From: Pseudomonas aeruginosa | Lineage (GTDB): Bacteria > Pseudomonadota > Gammaproteobacteria > Pseudomonadales > Pseudomonadaceae | Direction of reading: 5' to 3' | NCBI RefSeq assembly: GCF_001457615.1 | Contig: NZ_LN831024.1 | Location: 960,001 to 992,000 of the forward strand | Length of the DNA: 32,000 nucleotides | Notes under the pieces: generated by a model | Told to the model about the DNA's origin: nothing | Seen by the model: the letters and a program-made list of their open reading frames with translations, nothing else | Databases searched by the model: none | Shown here: piece by piece, positions 18,367-31,522 of the stretch | Layout of the letters: the number at the start of each line of letters is the position of its first letter | Position numbering within the stretch: the stretch's first letter is position 1 | Made by a program: the position numbers and the translations under genes

Positions 18367-19032
18367 TCAGTCGCTCTGGGCCTTGGCCTGTTTGGCGGCG
18401 CTCGCCTGCAGGCGATGGCGAATGAAGCCGAGGATCATCGGCAGCAGCGACAGCAGGATGATGCCGATCACCAGCAGCGACAGGTTCTTCTTGATGAACG
18501 GCACGTTGCCGAAGAAGTAGCCCAGGGTCACCAGGCCGCCGACCCAGGCCACGGTGCCGACCACGCTGAACATGACGAAGCGCGGGTAGTGCATCTTCGC
18601 CATGCCGGCGACGAAGGGCGCGAAGGTCCGCACGATGGGCAGGAAGCGCGCCAGGGTCACGGTCTTGCCGCCGTGGCGTTCGTAGAACTCATGGGTGCGG
18701 TCGAGGTAGTCGCGGCGGAATACCTTCGAGTCGGGGTTGCTGAACAGCCGCTTGCCGAGGGTCCGGCCGATCACGTAGTTGGTGCTGTCGCCGGTGATCG
18801 CCGCGACCATCAGCAGCCCGCCGAGCAGCCATGGGTCCATGCCGCCGGTGGCGCAGATGGCGCCGGCGATGAACAGCAGCGAGTCGCCGGGGAGGAACGG
18901 AGTCACCACCAGGCCGGTTTCACAGAAGATCACCAGGAACAGGATGGCGTAGATCCAGACGCCATAGTTGCTGACCAGCATGGCCAGGTAGGTATCCAGG
19001 TGGAGAATCAGATCGATTGGGTTGAAGTCCAT
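18367..19032 (-). CDS. DedA/SNARE-associated family membrane protein
   Basis: 221 aa; [57 protein letters not shown]. Confidence 0.95.
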   Translation of the reverse strand: MDFNPIDLILHLDTYLAMLVSNYGVWIYAILFLVIFCETGLVVTPFLPGDSLLFIAGAICATGGMDPWLLGGLLMVAAITGDSTNYVIGRTLGKRLFSNPDSKVFRRDYLDRTHEFYERHGGKTVTLARFLPIVRTFAPFVAGMAKMHYPRFVMFSVVGTVAWVGGLVTLGYFFGNVPFIKKNLSLLVIGIILLSLLPMILGFIRHRLQASAAKQAKAQSD

Positions 19033-19225
19033 TGAGCAACCTGCGGAGACAACGCGTTGAGCGGCAGAGGGCCGCCATTATAGGGGGGCGTCCGGATGGG
19101 TGGGGGGCTGTTTGTCGCGATCCCGGCAAAACCACTGATTGCAGGATGTTTCGGTAATTTTTCCGAAATTGGTCGGCATAAAGTCTGCAAGAACAGGAGA
19201 AATTTCTAGCAGGGAAGGGCGTGCG

Positions 19226-20809
19226 ATGACACTCCAGCCTTTTGCCCAGCCACCGCTCAGTCTCGCCCTGGGCGCCGGGCGCGACCTCCCGGGGCAGGCC
19301 GCGCGGGTTCGCGCCGAATGGCTCGCGCCTCGCCCCGGACGGGCTCCGGCGTTTCTCCTGGCGCTGCTCTGGGGACGCGGTTGCGCCAACGTGGTGCAGG
19401 CCATCGAAGGCCATCTCGACGCCCTGTTCGCCGACTACGCCTGTACCCCCGAGGGTTGGCCGGAAGCGCAGGCGGCGCGGCAGGTCCTGGCTTCGCTGAA
19501 CATGCAGCTCTATCGCCGGCGCCGCGAAGGCGAGCCGGGCGTGCTCGAGCTGGCGGCGGGGTTGCTGCTGGTCCATGCCGGAGGCGTGCACTTTCTCCAG
19601 TGCGGCGCCGTCGGCCTGCTGCGTTATCGCCAGGGCAGCCTGCAGCGCCTGGGAGGGAGCGGCCAGCCGCTGGGTAGCAGCGCGGAGCTGGCGCTGGTCC
19701 AGCACAACCTGACCCAGGTGGCCGGCGAGCCCTTGTTGCTGGCGCCCCAGCCGCTGCTCGAAGTGGCCGACCTGCGCGCCCTCGGAGAGCGTTGTGCGGG
19801 GCTGGCCACGGGGCGCCTGGAGGGCGTGCTGCAGCCGTTGCTGCATGCGCCGGGGGCGGTGGCGCTGGTCTTGCCGGGGGCGCTCGAGCGCGCCCCGGCG
19901 GCGCCACGGCATACCGGCTGGCCAGCGCTGGGCGCGGCGTGCCCCGGCGACTGCGTGGATGGCTGGACCTTGCAGGCAGCTTGCGCGTTCGGCCCGCCCG
20001 GGCGGCTATTCCGCGCCTGCGACGAGCAAGGACGCGAGGCGTTGCTGCTGCTCGCGGCGGTCGATGCCGACGAAGCGTTCTGGCAGCGCGAATGGGCATT
20101 GCGGCGCTGCCGTGCGGAGAGCCTGCCGCGAGTATTGTCGTCGCCCCGGTTGCGTCGTCATGCCTTCCAGTTGTTCGCTCCGCCGCGCTGGCCGATGCGC
20201 AGCCTGCTGGATTGGGCGCCAGCGCACCTGCCGCTGGAACCGCAATGCGCGCTGGTCCTCCTGGAGCAACTTATCGATGCGGTTCGCGCCTTGCAGCGGC
20301 GCGGCGTACAGGGCTTGTGGCTGGCGCCGCGGCAGATCCTGCTGGACGAGGGCGGGCGCCTGCTGTTCCTCCCCGAGGCGGCGGCGATCCTGCCGGGGGT
20401 GGCGCGCCAGGCGCTGCCTGCGGACAGCGTGCCGCTGGCGCCGGAGTTGCGTCGCGGCGAGGCGCTCGATGGCCGGGCCGACCAGTTCGCCCTGGCGGCG
20501 CTGTTCTATTGGCTGCTCTGTGGTCGCTGGCCGTCGATCGCCTGCCCGGAGAGCGACGGCGGATGCCGCTACGAGCCCCTGGGCGAGCGTCAGGCGGATC
20601 TGCCGGTCGGCTGGGATGGGGTATTGGCGCGGGCACTGGCGCCGCGTCCGGAGGCGCGCTTCGAAGCGTTGTCGGAATTCTGGCTGGCCTTGCAGAAGCC
20701 GCTAGCGCATCCCCAGCGGGTCTTTGCGCCACGCCGGTTGCAACGGGGCGTGCTGGCCCTGGTCCTGCTCCTGGCCGGGGCTGCGCTGCTGGTCGGCCTG
20801 GCCGGTTAA
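19226..20809 (+). CDS. Degenerate PP2C-like phosphatase / Ser-Thr kinase-like fusion with C-terminal TM segment
   Basis: 527 aa from MTLQPFAQPPLSLALGAGRD. Kinase-like order VQGLWLAPRQILLDEGGRLLFL ... APELRRGEALDGRADQFALAALFYWLLCGRWP; PP2C-like order ASLNMQLYRRRREGEPG ... AGLLLVHAGGVHFLQCGAVGLLRYRQGSLQRL; C-terminal GVLALVLLLAGAALLVGLAG. CDS existence is more certain than the domain call. Confidence 0.72.
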   Translation: MTLQPFAQPPLSLALGAGRDLPGQAARVRAEWLAPRPGRAPAFLLALLWGRGCANVVQAIEGHLDALFADYACTPEGWPEAQAARQVLASLNMQLYRRRREGEPGVLELAAGLLLVHAGGVHFLQCGAVGLLRYRQGSLQRLGGSGQPLGSSAELALVQHNLTQVAGEPLLLAPQPLLEVADLRALGERCAGLATGRLEGVLQPLLHAPGAVALVLPGALERAPAAPRHTGWPALGAACPGDCVDGWTLQAACAFGPPGRLFRACDEQGREALLLLAAVDADEAFWQREWALRRCRAESLPRVLSSPRLRRHAFQLFAPPRWPMRSLLDWAPAHLPLEPQCALVLLEQLIDAVRALQRRGVQGLWLAPRQILLDEGGRLLFLPEAAAILPGVARQALPADSVPLAPELRRGEALDGRADQFALAALFYWLLCGRWPSIACPESDGGCRYEPLGERQADLPVGWDGVLARALAPRPEARFEALSEFWLALQKPLAHPQRVFAPRRLQRGVLALVLLLAGAALLVGLAG

Positions 20810-21595
20810 CGGATCGACGGCCAGCGTGCGGGTCTGCCCGCTGCGTTCGAGGTGCGCTTCGGCGATCAGTTGTTCCAGCCGGCCGCTGCGACGCATCAGG
20901 CGCAGGTTGCGGTCGAGGCTGGCGGCAAGGGCGGCGCCGCGGGCGTGTCTTTTCGGCACCAGTACATAGAGCGGCTTGACCTCCAGCGGCGGTTCGATGA
21001 ACACCAGGCGATCCTTCAGCGCCGGCACGTTGCGCGCCAGTAGGTGGTAGCCGGTGTAGCGATCGACCACGGCCAGGTCGATACGCCCGCGCAGGAGCTT
21101 CTCGAGGTTCTGCCAGTCGTTGGTCACCGCGTCCTTGGTCAGGCTGCGGTCGGCGTCGAAATCCTCCCGGTTGACGTAGCCGCGGACCACGCCGATGCGG
21201 TACGGACGCAGGCTTTCCAGATGCGCGGGATTGACCGGCAGCAGGCGCTCGCGCTGGCGGAAGAAGCCCAGTTGCGAGTCGAGCAGGGGGATGGTGGCGT
21301 GGAACAGTTCGCGCCGCTCGGGCGACAGGTAGGCCGGCATGAGGGCGTCGAAGCGCCCCTCGGCGGCTTCCTTCAGGGCACGTTGCCAGGGCAGGAACAC
21401 CAGTTCGGCGCGGTGCCCGTCGAGGGCCAGGGCTTCGTCTAGGATGCGGCTGGCGAGGCCTTTGCCCGGCAGGTCGGGGCCGACGTAGGGCGCCCAGTCG
21501 AGGGTCGCCACGCGCAGGGTGTCGGCCTGCGCGCCGGCCGTGGCGAGGAGCAGGCCGAGCAGGACGCCGGGCCAGTGCCAGGTGCGCGAACCCAT
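20702..21595 (-). CDS. Extracellular solute-binding protein family 3 (periplasmic)
   Basis: 297 aa; signal peptide to AQA, DTLRVATLDWAPYVGPDLPGKGLASRILDEAL...VFLPWQRALKEAAEGRFDALMPAY...LFHATIPLLDSQLGFF. Confidence 0.87.
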   Translation of the reverse strand: MGSRTWHWPGVLLGLLLATAGAQADTLRVATLDWAPYVGPDLPGKGLASRILDEALALDGHRAELVFLPWQRALKEAAEGRFDALMPAYLSPERRELFHATIPLLDSQLGFFRQRERLLPVNPAHLESLRPYRIGVVRGYVNREDFDADRSLTKDAVTNDWQNLEKLLRGRIDLAVVDRYTGYHLLARNVPALKDRLVFIEPPLEVKPLYVLVPKRHARGAALAASLDRNLRLMRRSGRLEQLIAEAHLERSGQTRTLAVDPLTGQADQQRSPGQEQDQGQHAPLQPAWRKDPLGMR

Positions 21596-21644
21596 GGATG
21601 CCTCTGCTCTGAGCGATCGGTTGGGAGGTGCCGTGCCTTTGTCT

Positions 21645-22106
21645 TCAGCTTAGTTCGTCGCTGATCGGCAGGGTGTAGTTCTTGAACTCCTGGTCTTCGC
21701 GGAAGCCGATCGACTCGTAGACTTTCTGCGCTACCTCGTTGTCGACGCTGGTGGAGACACGCATGCGCACCGCATGGGTTTCCCGTGCCATCTGCTTGGC
21801 GTGTTGCAGCAGGTGGTCGGCGACCAGTTGCCGGCGTGCCTCCTCGGCGACGTAGATGTCGTTGAGGATCCAGACGCGCTTGAGCGACAGCGAGGAGAAG
21901 CTCGGATAGAGCTGGCAGAAACCGAGCAGCCGGTCTTCTTCGTCGGCCAGCGCCAGGTAGATCACCGATTCCTTGCGGCGCAGGCGTTTCTCGAGGAATT
22001 TCCGCGAGGACTCGGGGTAGGAGAGCATGCCGTAGAATTCGCGGTACTTGACGAACAGCGGCGCCAGCAGGTCGAGGTGTTCGAGGGTGGCTTGCACGAT
22101 TCGCAT
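21645..22106 (-). CDS. GNAT-family acetyltransferase
   Basis: 153 aa from MRIVQATLEHLDLLAPLFVKYREFYGM; LNDIYVAEEARRQLVADHLLQHAKQMA...VSTSVDNEVAQKVYESIGF. Confidence 0.9.
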   Translation of the reverse strand: MRIVQATLEHLDLLAPLFVKYREFYGMLSYPESSRKFLEKRLRRKESVIYLALADEEDRLLGFCQLYPSFSSLSLKRVWILNDIYVAEEARRQLVADHLLQHAKQMARETHAVRMRVSTSVDNEVAQKVYESIGFREDQEFKNYTLPISDELS

Positions 22107-22268
22107 GACGGGCCTCGCATTGCGGGAAGGGGCTGCCGGGACGATGCAGGCTGCATGCCAGCAACGCTTCGATGCTGCCCAATCTCCCTGGAAAGCGCAA
22201 TCCAAGCGAACGTTTGAATCGGCCGAAGGAGGGGCGACGCGCGCCGGCCCATCCTTCGGCCGGGAGGC

Positions 22269-23090
22269 TCAGTCCCTCGCCAGGAGGAAGTTGCCGGTGC
22301 GCGGAGCCTCGCCGTCCAGCGCCTGGACCTCCGCCTCGTCCTTCAGGTTGACCCCGGAAAGCTGCCGCCGGCAGGCCTCGCGCATCAGGTAGAGCAGGCG
22401 GTGCGCGGCCATGCCGTAGCTGAGGCCTTCCAGGCGGACGTTGGAGATGCAGTTGCGATAGGCGTCGGTGAGGCCGACCCGCGGGGCCCAGGTGAAGTAC
22501 AGGCCGAGGCTGTCCGGCGAGCTGAGGCCGGGACGCTCGCCGATCAGGATCACGCTCATCTTCGCCCGCAGCAATTCACCGATCTCGTCGGCCACCGCCA
22601 CCCGTCCCTGTTCCACCAGGACCACCGGCGACAGCGACCAGCCTTCGGCCAGCGCCTGTTCCTCCAGGCGTTCGAGGAAGGGCAGGGTGTGACGCTGCAC
22701 GGCCAGCGCGGAGAGGCCGTCGGCGACCACGATGGCCAGGTCGATCTGCCCGTCGTAGCCGGCGGCGTGTTCGCGCAGGCGTTGCACCGAGGCCTCGTCG
22801 AGGCGCCGGCCGAGGTCCGGGCGTTGCAGGTAGACGTGGCGGTCGGCGGCGGCGCTGTGCAGCAGCAGGCTGTCGCGGCCGCGCTGGCGCAGGCCGTCGC
22901 TGATGGCCGCATGGTCGAAGGGCAGGTGCACGGCGTCGCGCGCCTGGGCGTGGGCGTACTGGAAGTCCAGTTGCGGGCGGGTCGGCAGGCTGGTGCCGGT
23001 GCGGCCCAGGGCGATCCGCGCGGGGGTCAGCTGGCGCAGCGGCAGCCAGGGGTTCTCGGCGCTGGCGTCGGGCAGGTGCTTGTCGTTCAT
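22269..23090 (-). CDS. eutC: Ethanolamine ammonia-lyase small subunit
   Basis: 273 aa from [15 protein letters not shown]; [84 protein letters not shown]. Confidence 0.97.
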   Translation of the reverse strand: MNDKHLPDASAENPWLPLRQLTPARIALGRTGTSLPTRPQLDFQYAHAQARDAVHLPFDHAAISDGLRQRGRDSLLLHSAAADRHVYLQRPDLGRRLDEASVQRLREHAAGYDGQIDLAIVVADGLSALAVQRHTLPFLERLEEQALAEGWSLSPVVLVEQGRVAVADEIGELLRAKMSVILIGERPGLSSPDSLGLYFTWAPRVGLTDAYRNCISNVRLEGLSYGMAAHRLLYLMREACRRQLSGVNLKDEAEVQALDGEAPRTGNFLLARD

Positions 23091-23100
23091 CGGCATCTCC

Positions 23101-24495
23101 TCAGGCCAGTTGCGCCAGGGCCTGGCGGAACGCCGGCGGTAACTCGTCACCGAAGCGGATGCGCCCGTCGGCCTGGGTGAAGATTCCCATCCGCTGCAAC
23201 CAGTCCTCGAATTCCGGCGCCGGCTTCAGGCCCAGCGTCTGGCGCGCATAGAGGGCGTCGTGGAAGGAGGTGGTCTGGTAGTTGAGCATCACGTCGTCGG
23301 AGCCGGGAATGCCCATGATGAAGTTGATCCCGGCGACGCCCAGCAGGGTCAGGAGCATGTCCATGTCGTCCTGGTCGGCCTCGGCATGGTTGGTGTAGCA
23401 GATGTCGCAACCCATCGGCACGCCGAGCAGCTTGCCGCAGAAGTGGTCTTCCAGGCCGGCGCGGATGATCTGCTTGCCGTTGTACAGGTACTCGGGACCG
23501 ATGAAGCCGACCACGGTGTTCACCAGGAACGGCTTGAAGTGACGAGCCACCGCATAGGCGCGGGTCTCGCAGGTCTGCTGGTCGACGCCGTGGTGGGCGT
23601 TGGCCGAGAGCGCGCTGCCCTGGCCGGTCTCGAAGTACATCAGGTTGTTGCCTAGGGTGCCGCGCTTCTGGCTGAGCCCGGCCTCGTAGCCTTCCTGGAG
23701 GATCTTCAGGCTGATGCCGAAGCTGGCATTGGCCGCCTCGGTGCCGGCGATCGACTGGAACACCAGGTCCAGCGGCACGCCGCGGTTGATCGCCTCGATG
23801 GAGCTGGTGACGTGGGTCAGCACGCAGGCCTGGGTGGGAATCTCGTAGCGCTGGATGATCGCGTCGAGCATCTCCAGCAGGGCGCAGATCGAGGCCATGC
23901 TGTCGGTGGCAGGATTGATCCCGAGCATCGCGTCGCCATTGCCGAACAGCAGGCCGTCGAGGATGCTCGCGGCGATTCCGGCCGGGTCGTCGGTCGGGTG
24001 GTTCGGTTGCAGGCGGGTGGAGAGCCGGCCGCGAAGGCCGAGGGTGTTGCGGAAGCGGGTGACCACGCGGATCTTCTGCGCCACCAGGACCAGGTCCTGG
24101 ACACGCATGATCTTCGATACCGCCGCTGCCATTTCCGGCGTCAGGCCCGGAGCCAGGGCGCGCAGGCTGGCCTCGTCGGCGGCGTCGCCGAGCAGCCAGT
24201 CGCGGAAGCCGCCGACGGTGAGATGGGACACCGGGGCGAAGGCGTCGCGCTGGTGGGTGTCGATGATCAGGCGGGTGACCTCGTCGTCCTCGTAGGGAAT
24301 CAGCGCCTCGTCGAGGAAGTGTTTGAGCGGGATGTCGGCCAGGGCCATCTGCGCGGCGACCCGCTCGCCGTCGTTGCTCGCCGCGACGCCGGCGAGGAAA
24401 TCGCCGGAGCGCGCGGGGCTGGCCTTGGCCATCACGTCCTTGAGGCTGTCGAAGCGGTAGGTTTCGCCGCCGACGCTATGAGTGAAACGTGCCAT
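23101..24495 (-). CDS. eutB: Ethanolamine ammonia-lyase large subunit
   Basis: 464 aa; [90 protein letters not shown]. Confidence 0.98.
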   Translation of the reverse strand: MARFTHSVGGETYRFDSLKDVMAKASPARSGDFLAGVAASNDGERVAAQMALADIPLKHFLDEALIPYEDDEVTRLIIDTHQRDAFAPVSHLTVGGFRDWLLGDAADEASLRALAPGLTPEMAAAVSKIMRVQDLVLVAQKIRVVTRFRNTLGLRGRLSTRLQPNHPTDDPAGIAASILDGLLFGNGDAMLGINPATDSMASICALLEMLDAIIQRYEIPTQACVLTHVTSSIEAINRGVPLDLVFQSIAGTEAANASFGISLKILQEGYEAGLSQKRGTLGNNLMYFETGQGSALSANAHHGVDQQTCETRAYAVARHFKPFLVNTVVGFIGPEYLYNGKQIIRAGLEDHFCGKLLGVPMGCDICYTNHAEADQDDMDMLLTLLGVAGINFIMGIPGSDDVMLNYQTTSFHDALYARQTLGLKPAPEFEDWLQRMGIFTQADGRIRFGDELPPAFRQALAQLA

Positions 24496-24552
24496 GTGTG
24501 TCTCCAGTGCCCGGCCTCGCCAGCGGCGGGCCGGGCTTTGTCGTTGTCGCTC

Positions 24553-26001
24553 TCAGCGCAGGTCCTGTTCCGCCGCCTGGATCGCGGCGAACTCTTCTTC
24601 CGGGGTGCCGGACACCAGGTGATGCCGACTGTACAGGGCGAAGTAGCCGATCAGTACAGCGTAGATCGCCACCGCGCCGACCACGACCCGCGGGTCGACC
24701 AGGAAGCCGGCGACCACCGCGACGCAGGCCAGCGCCAGGGCTACGCCGGAGGTGAGGATGCCGCCAGGGGTGCGGTAGGGGCGCTGCATGTCCGGGCGGC
24801 GGATGCGCAGGGTGATGTGCGCGGCCATCATCAGCACGTAGGAGATGGTCGCGCCGAACACCGCGACCAGGATCAGCAGGTCGCCCTGGCCGGTCAGCGA
24901 CAGGCCGAAGCCGATCACCCCCGGCACCACCAGGGCCAGTACCGGCGCCTTCTTGCGGTTGGTCAGCGAGAGGCTGCGCGGCAGGTAGCCGGCGCGGGAG
25001 AGGGCGAAGATCTGCCGCGAGTAGGCATAGATGATCGAGAAGAAGCTGGCGATCAGCCCGGCCAGGCCGACCAGGTTGACGAACTGGCTCATCCAGGTCG
25101 AACCCTTGTAGGCCGACTCCAGCGCTTCCACCAGGGGATTGCCCGAACCCATCAGCTCCTTGGCTCCGGCGGCCCCGGGACCGACGACCAGAATCAGTGC
25201 GGCGAAGGCGAGAAGCACCAACATGGCGCCGATCAGTCCGCGCGGCAGGTCGCGCTTGGGGTTCTTGGTTTCCTCGGCGGCCAGCGGCACGCCTTCGACG
25301 GCGAGGAAGAACCAGATCGCGTAGGGGATCGCCGCCCAGACCCCGACATAGCCGAACGGCAGGAAGCTGCTGGCGCCGGTCGCCGCGGTCTGCGGGATGT
25401 TGAACAGGTTGGCCGAGTCGAAGTGCGGAACCATCGCGACAATGAACACGCCGAGGGCGATGGCCGCCACCGCGGTGATGATGAACATCAGCTTCAGCGC
25501 CTCGCCGGCGCCGAGGATGTGGATGCCGATGAATACGATGTAGAACACCAGGTAGATCAGCCAGCCGCCGACGCCGAACAGCGACTCGCAGTAGGCGCCG
25601 ATGAAGCAGGCGATGGCCGCCGGGGCGATGGCGTATTCGATGAGGATCGCGGTGCCGGTGAGGAAGCCGCCCCAGGGCCCGAAGGCGCTGCGGGCGAAGC
25701 CGTAGCCGCCGCCGGCGGTAGGGATCATCGAAGACAGCTCGGCGAGCGAGAAGCACATGCACAGGTACATGGTGGCCATCAGCAGGGTGGCGAGGAACAT
25801 CCCGCCCCAGCCGCCCTGGGCCAGGCCGAAGTTCCAGCCGGCGTAGTCGCCGGAGATCACGTAGGCGACGCCGAGCCCGACCAGCAGGACCCAGCCGGCG
25901 GCGCCTTTCTTCAGTTGACGGTGTTGGAAGTAGTCGGCGTCGACGCTTTCGAAGTCGACCCCGGAAGTTGCGGGCGCATGGCCGGTTTGTTCGAGGGACA
26001 T
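24553..26001 (-). CDS. Ethanolamine permease (APC family)
   Basis: 482 aa multi-TM APC transporter, FAWG-like core YVISGDYAGWNFGLAQGGWGGMFLATLLMATMYL; upstream of eutBC in the same direction. Confidence 0.92.
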   Translation of the reverse strand: MSLEQTGHAPATSGVDFESVDADYFQHRQLKKGAAGWVLLVGLGVAYVISGDYAGWNFGLAQGGWGGMFLATLLMATMYLCMCFSLAELSSMIPTAGGGYGFARSAFGPWGGFLTGTAILIEYAIAPAAIACFIGAYCESLFGVGGWLIYLVFYIVFIGIHILGAGEALKLMFIITAVAAIALGVFIVAMVPHFDSANLFNIPQTAATGASSFLPFGYVGVWAAIPYAIWFFLAVEGVPLAAEETKNPKRDLPRGLIGAMLVLLAFAALILVVGPGAAGAKELMGSGNPLVEALESAYKGSTWMSQFVNLVGLAGLIASFFSIIYAYSRQIFALSRAGYLPRSLSLTNRKKAPVLALVVPGVIGFGLSLTGQGDLLILVAVFGATISYVLMMAAHITLRIRRPDMQRPYRTPGGILTSGVALALACVAVVAGFLVDPRVVVGAVAIYAVLIGYFALYSRHHLVSGTPEEEFAAIQAAEQDLR

Positions 26002-26072
26002 GGGTTTTTCACCTCAATCTTGTTGTTATCGACCCCGGTTTTCCCGGTGGTGTGCTGTACGTGGTGAACGCA

Positions 26073-26088
26073 GGCAATAGCTATGCCA
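26073..26088 (-). promoter_or_regulatory. Putative sigma-54 promoter of the permease/eutBC genes
   Basis: Minus strand TGGCATAGCTATTGCC; GG-N10-GC spacing against TGGCACGN4TTGCW, 72 nt or more upstream of ATG at 26001. Confidence 0.72.
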
Positions 26089-26165
26089 GCCGCTCTGCAA
26101 TCGGCCTGGCGAGGAGGTGGAAGGGGCGCCGCCGTCAGCCTCGGCGGCGTGTTTCACGAGCCGGC

Positions 26166-26192
26166 GCGACCGCTCCGGGAAAGAGCGGTCGC
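26166..26192. terminator. Strong hairpin between aldehyde dehydrogenase and permease genes
   Basis: GCGACCGCTC-CGGGAAA-GAGCGGTCGC, perfect 10-bp arms, extendable with one bulge; no clear U-tract. Confidence 0.5.
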
Positions 26193-26210
26193 GGCCGGTC
26201 CGGGGTCCTA

Positions 26211-27731
<1,521 letters not shown>

Positions 27732-27797
27732 GATGGTATCTCCTGGCTCTTGTGCTTATTAGGGGAGGACGCGCTGTCGCGCTTGTCGTAAGCCTGG

Positions 27798-27813
27798 AGC
27801 AAGGGCCGGGCCA
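27798..27813 (-). promoter_or_regulatory. Putative sigma-54 promoter of the aldehyde dehydrogenase gene
   Basis: Minus strand TGGCCCGGCCCTTGCT; GG-N10-GC; near-exact -12 box (TTGCT), 67 nt or more upstream of ATG at 27731. Confidence 0.75.
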
Positions 27814-28069
27814 GAGTGGCGAAAGGCCCGGAGTAGAGCGTCCTGGAGGTTTCGCAGGGGAGCTTGCGAACGCTCCCTGTCACGCGGGCGGGACGCTCGT
27901 GAGTGACACTCTGTACCGTTTTCGGCGCAGCGCATGACTCATCGGTCAGTCCGTCGTTGCATTGCGCCCCGGCCTGTTGGATGCTGCACCGATAGCCGTC
28001 CGGAGAGTCGCGGACCGATCCACCGCGCCCAGGCAAGAGACGGCCCGTCCCTCGCGGAGAACCATAACA

Positions 28070-30001
<1,932 letters not shown>

Positions 30002-30158
30002 CGGGCGGGACGGCTCCAGGCGGGCCGCCGCGAGGCCGGCGGGAACCCCGTCGACGCCGCGTCGTCTGATGCCGCGACGCCGGGCGGCCGGCGCCTCCGC
30101 TGTGCTAATCTGCCGCCCATTCACAGCGCCTTCGACGGCTTGATCTGCAGGAGTCTGC

Positions 30159-31514
30159 ATGCACATCCACGTACTCGGCATCTGCGGGACCTTCATGGGC
30201 TCGCTGGCCGTGCTGGCCAAGGAACTGGGCCACCGGGTGACCGGTTCCGACGCCAACGTCTACCCCCCCATGAGCACCCAGCTGCAAGCCCAGGGCATCG
30301 AGTTGATGCAGGGCTACGATCCGGCCCACCTGGAGCCGGCGCCGGACCTGGTAGTGATCGGCAACGCCCTGTCGCGCGGCAATCCGGCGGTGGAGCATGT
30401 CCTGAACAAGGGCCTGCCCTACGTTTCCGGCCCGCAGTGGCTGGCCGACCACGTGCTGCAAGGACGCTGGGTGCTGGCGGTGGCCGGTACCCACGGCAAG
30501 ACCACCACCACCAGCATGCTCGCCTGGGTCCTGGAGCACGCCGGCATGAGCCCGGGCTTCCTGATCGGCGGGGTGCCGCAGAACTTCGGGGTTTCGGCGC
30601 GCCTGGGCGGTACGCCGTTCTTCGTGGTCGAGGCCGACGAGTACGACAGCGCCTTCTTCGACAAGCGCTCGAAGTTCGTCCATTACCGCCCGCGCACGGC
30701 GATCCTGAACAACCTGGAATTCGACCACGCGGATATCTTCCCCGACCTCGCGGCCATCGAGCGGCAGTTCCACCATCTGGTGCGCACTGTGCCGGGCGAG
30801 GGCCTGATCATTCGCCCGAGCGCCGAGAAAGCCCTGGAGCGCGTACTCGGGATGGGCTGCTGGACCCCGGTGCAGACCACCGGCGAAGGCGGCCAGTGGC
30901 AGGCGCGCCTGCTCGCCGAGGACGGCTCGCGCTTCGAGGTGCTGTTCGACGGCATCGTCCAGGGCGAGGTGGACTGGCCGCTGACCGGCCTGCACAACGT
31001 CGCCAACGCCCTCGCCAGCCTGGCGGCGGCGCGCCATGTCGGCGTGATGCCCAGCCAGGGCGCGGCGGCGCTCAGCGAATTCCGCAACGTCAAGCGGCGC
31101 ATGGAGAAGGTCGCGGAGGTCCGGGGCGTGACCCTCTACGACGACTTCGCCCACCATCCGACCGCCATCGCCACCACCCTCGACGGCCTGCGCAAGCAGG
31201 TTGGCGCCGATACCCAGGTGATCGCCATCGTCGAGCCGCGTTCCAACTCGATGAAGCTCGGCGCTCATCGCGACGGCCTGCCGGACAGCGTGCGCCAGGC
31301 CGACCAGGTGCTCTGGTACGCGCCGCCGAACCTGGGCTGGGACCTGGCCGCCACCGCCGCGCAATGCGCGATACCGTCGCAGGTCTGCGATACCCTGGAG
31401 GCGATCATCGAGCAGGTGCGCCAGCAGGCCAGGCCCGGCGCGCAAGTGGTGATCATGAGCAACGGCGGCTTCGGCGGCTTGCACGGCAAGCTGGCCGCGG
31501 CGCTGGCCGAGTGA
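30159..31514 (+). CDS. mpl: UDP-N-acetylmuramate:L-alanyl-gamma-D-glutamyl-meso-diaminopimelate ligase
   Basis: 451 aa MHIHVLGICGTFMGSLAVLAKELGHRVTGSDANVYPPMSTQL; AVAGTHGKTTTTSML; FDHADIFPDL; YDDFAHHPTAI. Confidence 0.98.
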   Translation: MHIHVLGICGTFMGSLAVLAKELGHRVTGSDANVYPPMSTQLQAQGIELMQGYDPAHLEPAPDLVVIGNALSRGNPAVEHVLNKGLPYVSGPQWLADHVLQGRWVLAVAGTHGKTTTTSMLAWVLEHAGMSPGFLIGGVPQNFGVSARLGGTPFFVVEADEYDSAFFDKRSKFVHYRPRTAILNNLEFDHADIFPDLAAIERQFHHLVRTVPGEGLIIRPSAEKALERVLGMGCWTPVQTTGEGGQWQARLLAEDGSRFEVLFDGIVQGEVDWPLTGLHNVANALASLAAARHVGVMPSQGAAALSEFRNVKRRMEKVAEVRGVTLYDDFAHHPTAIATTLDGLRKQVGADTQVIAIVEPRSNSMKLGAHRDGLPDSVRQADQVLWYAPPNLGWDLAATAAQCAIPSQVCDTLEAIIEQVRQQARPGAQVVIMSNGGFGGLHGKLAAALAE

Positions 31515-31522
31515 GGGGCGCG

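Noticed and set aside
26091-26116. Possible second sigma-54 site (minus strand CGCCAGGCCGATTGCA)
   Set aside because: Has a TTGCA -12-like part but no GG at the required N10 spacing; TGGCATAGCTATTGCC nearby is a much better match.
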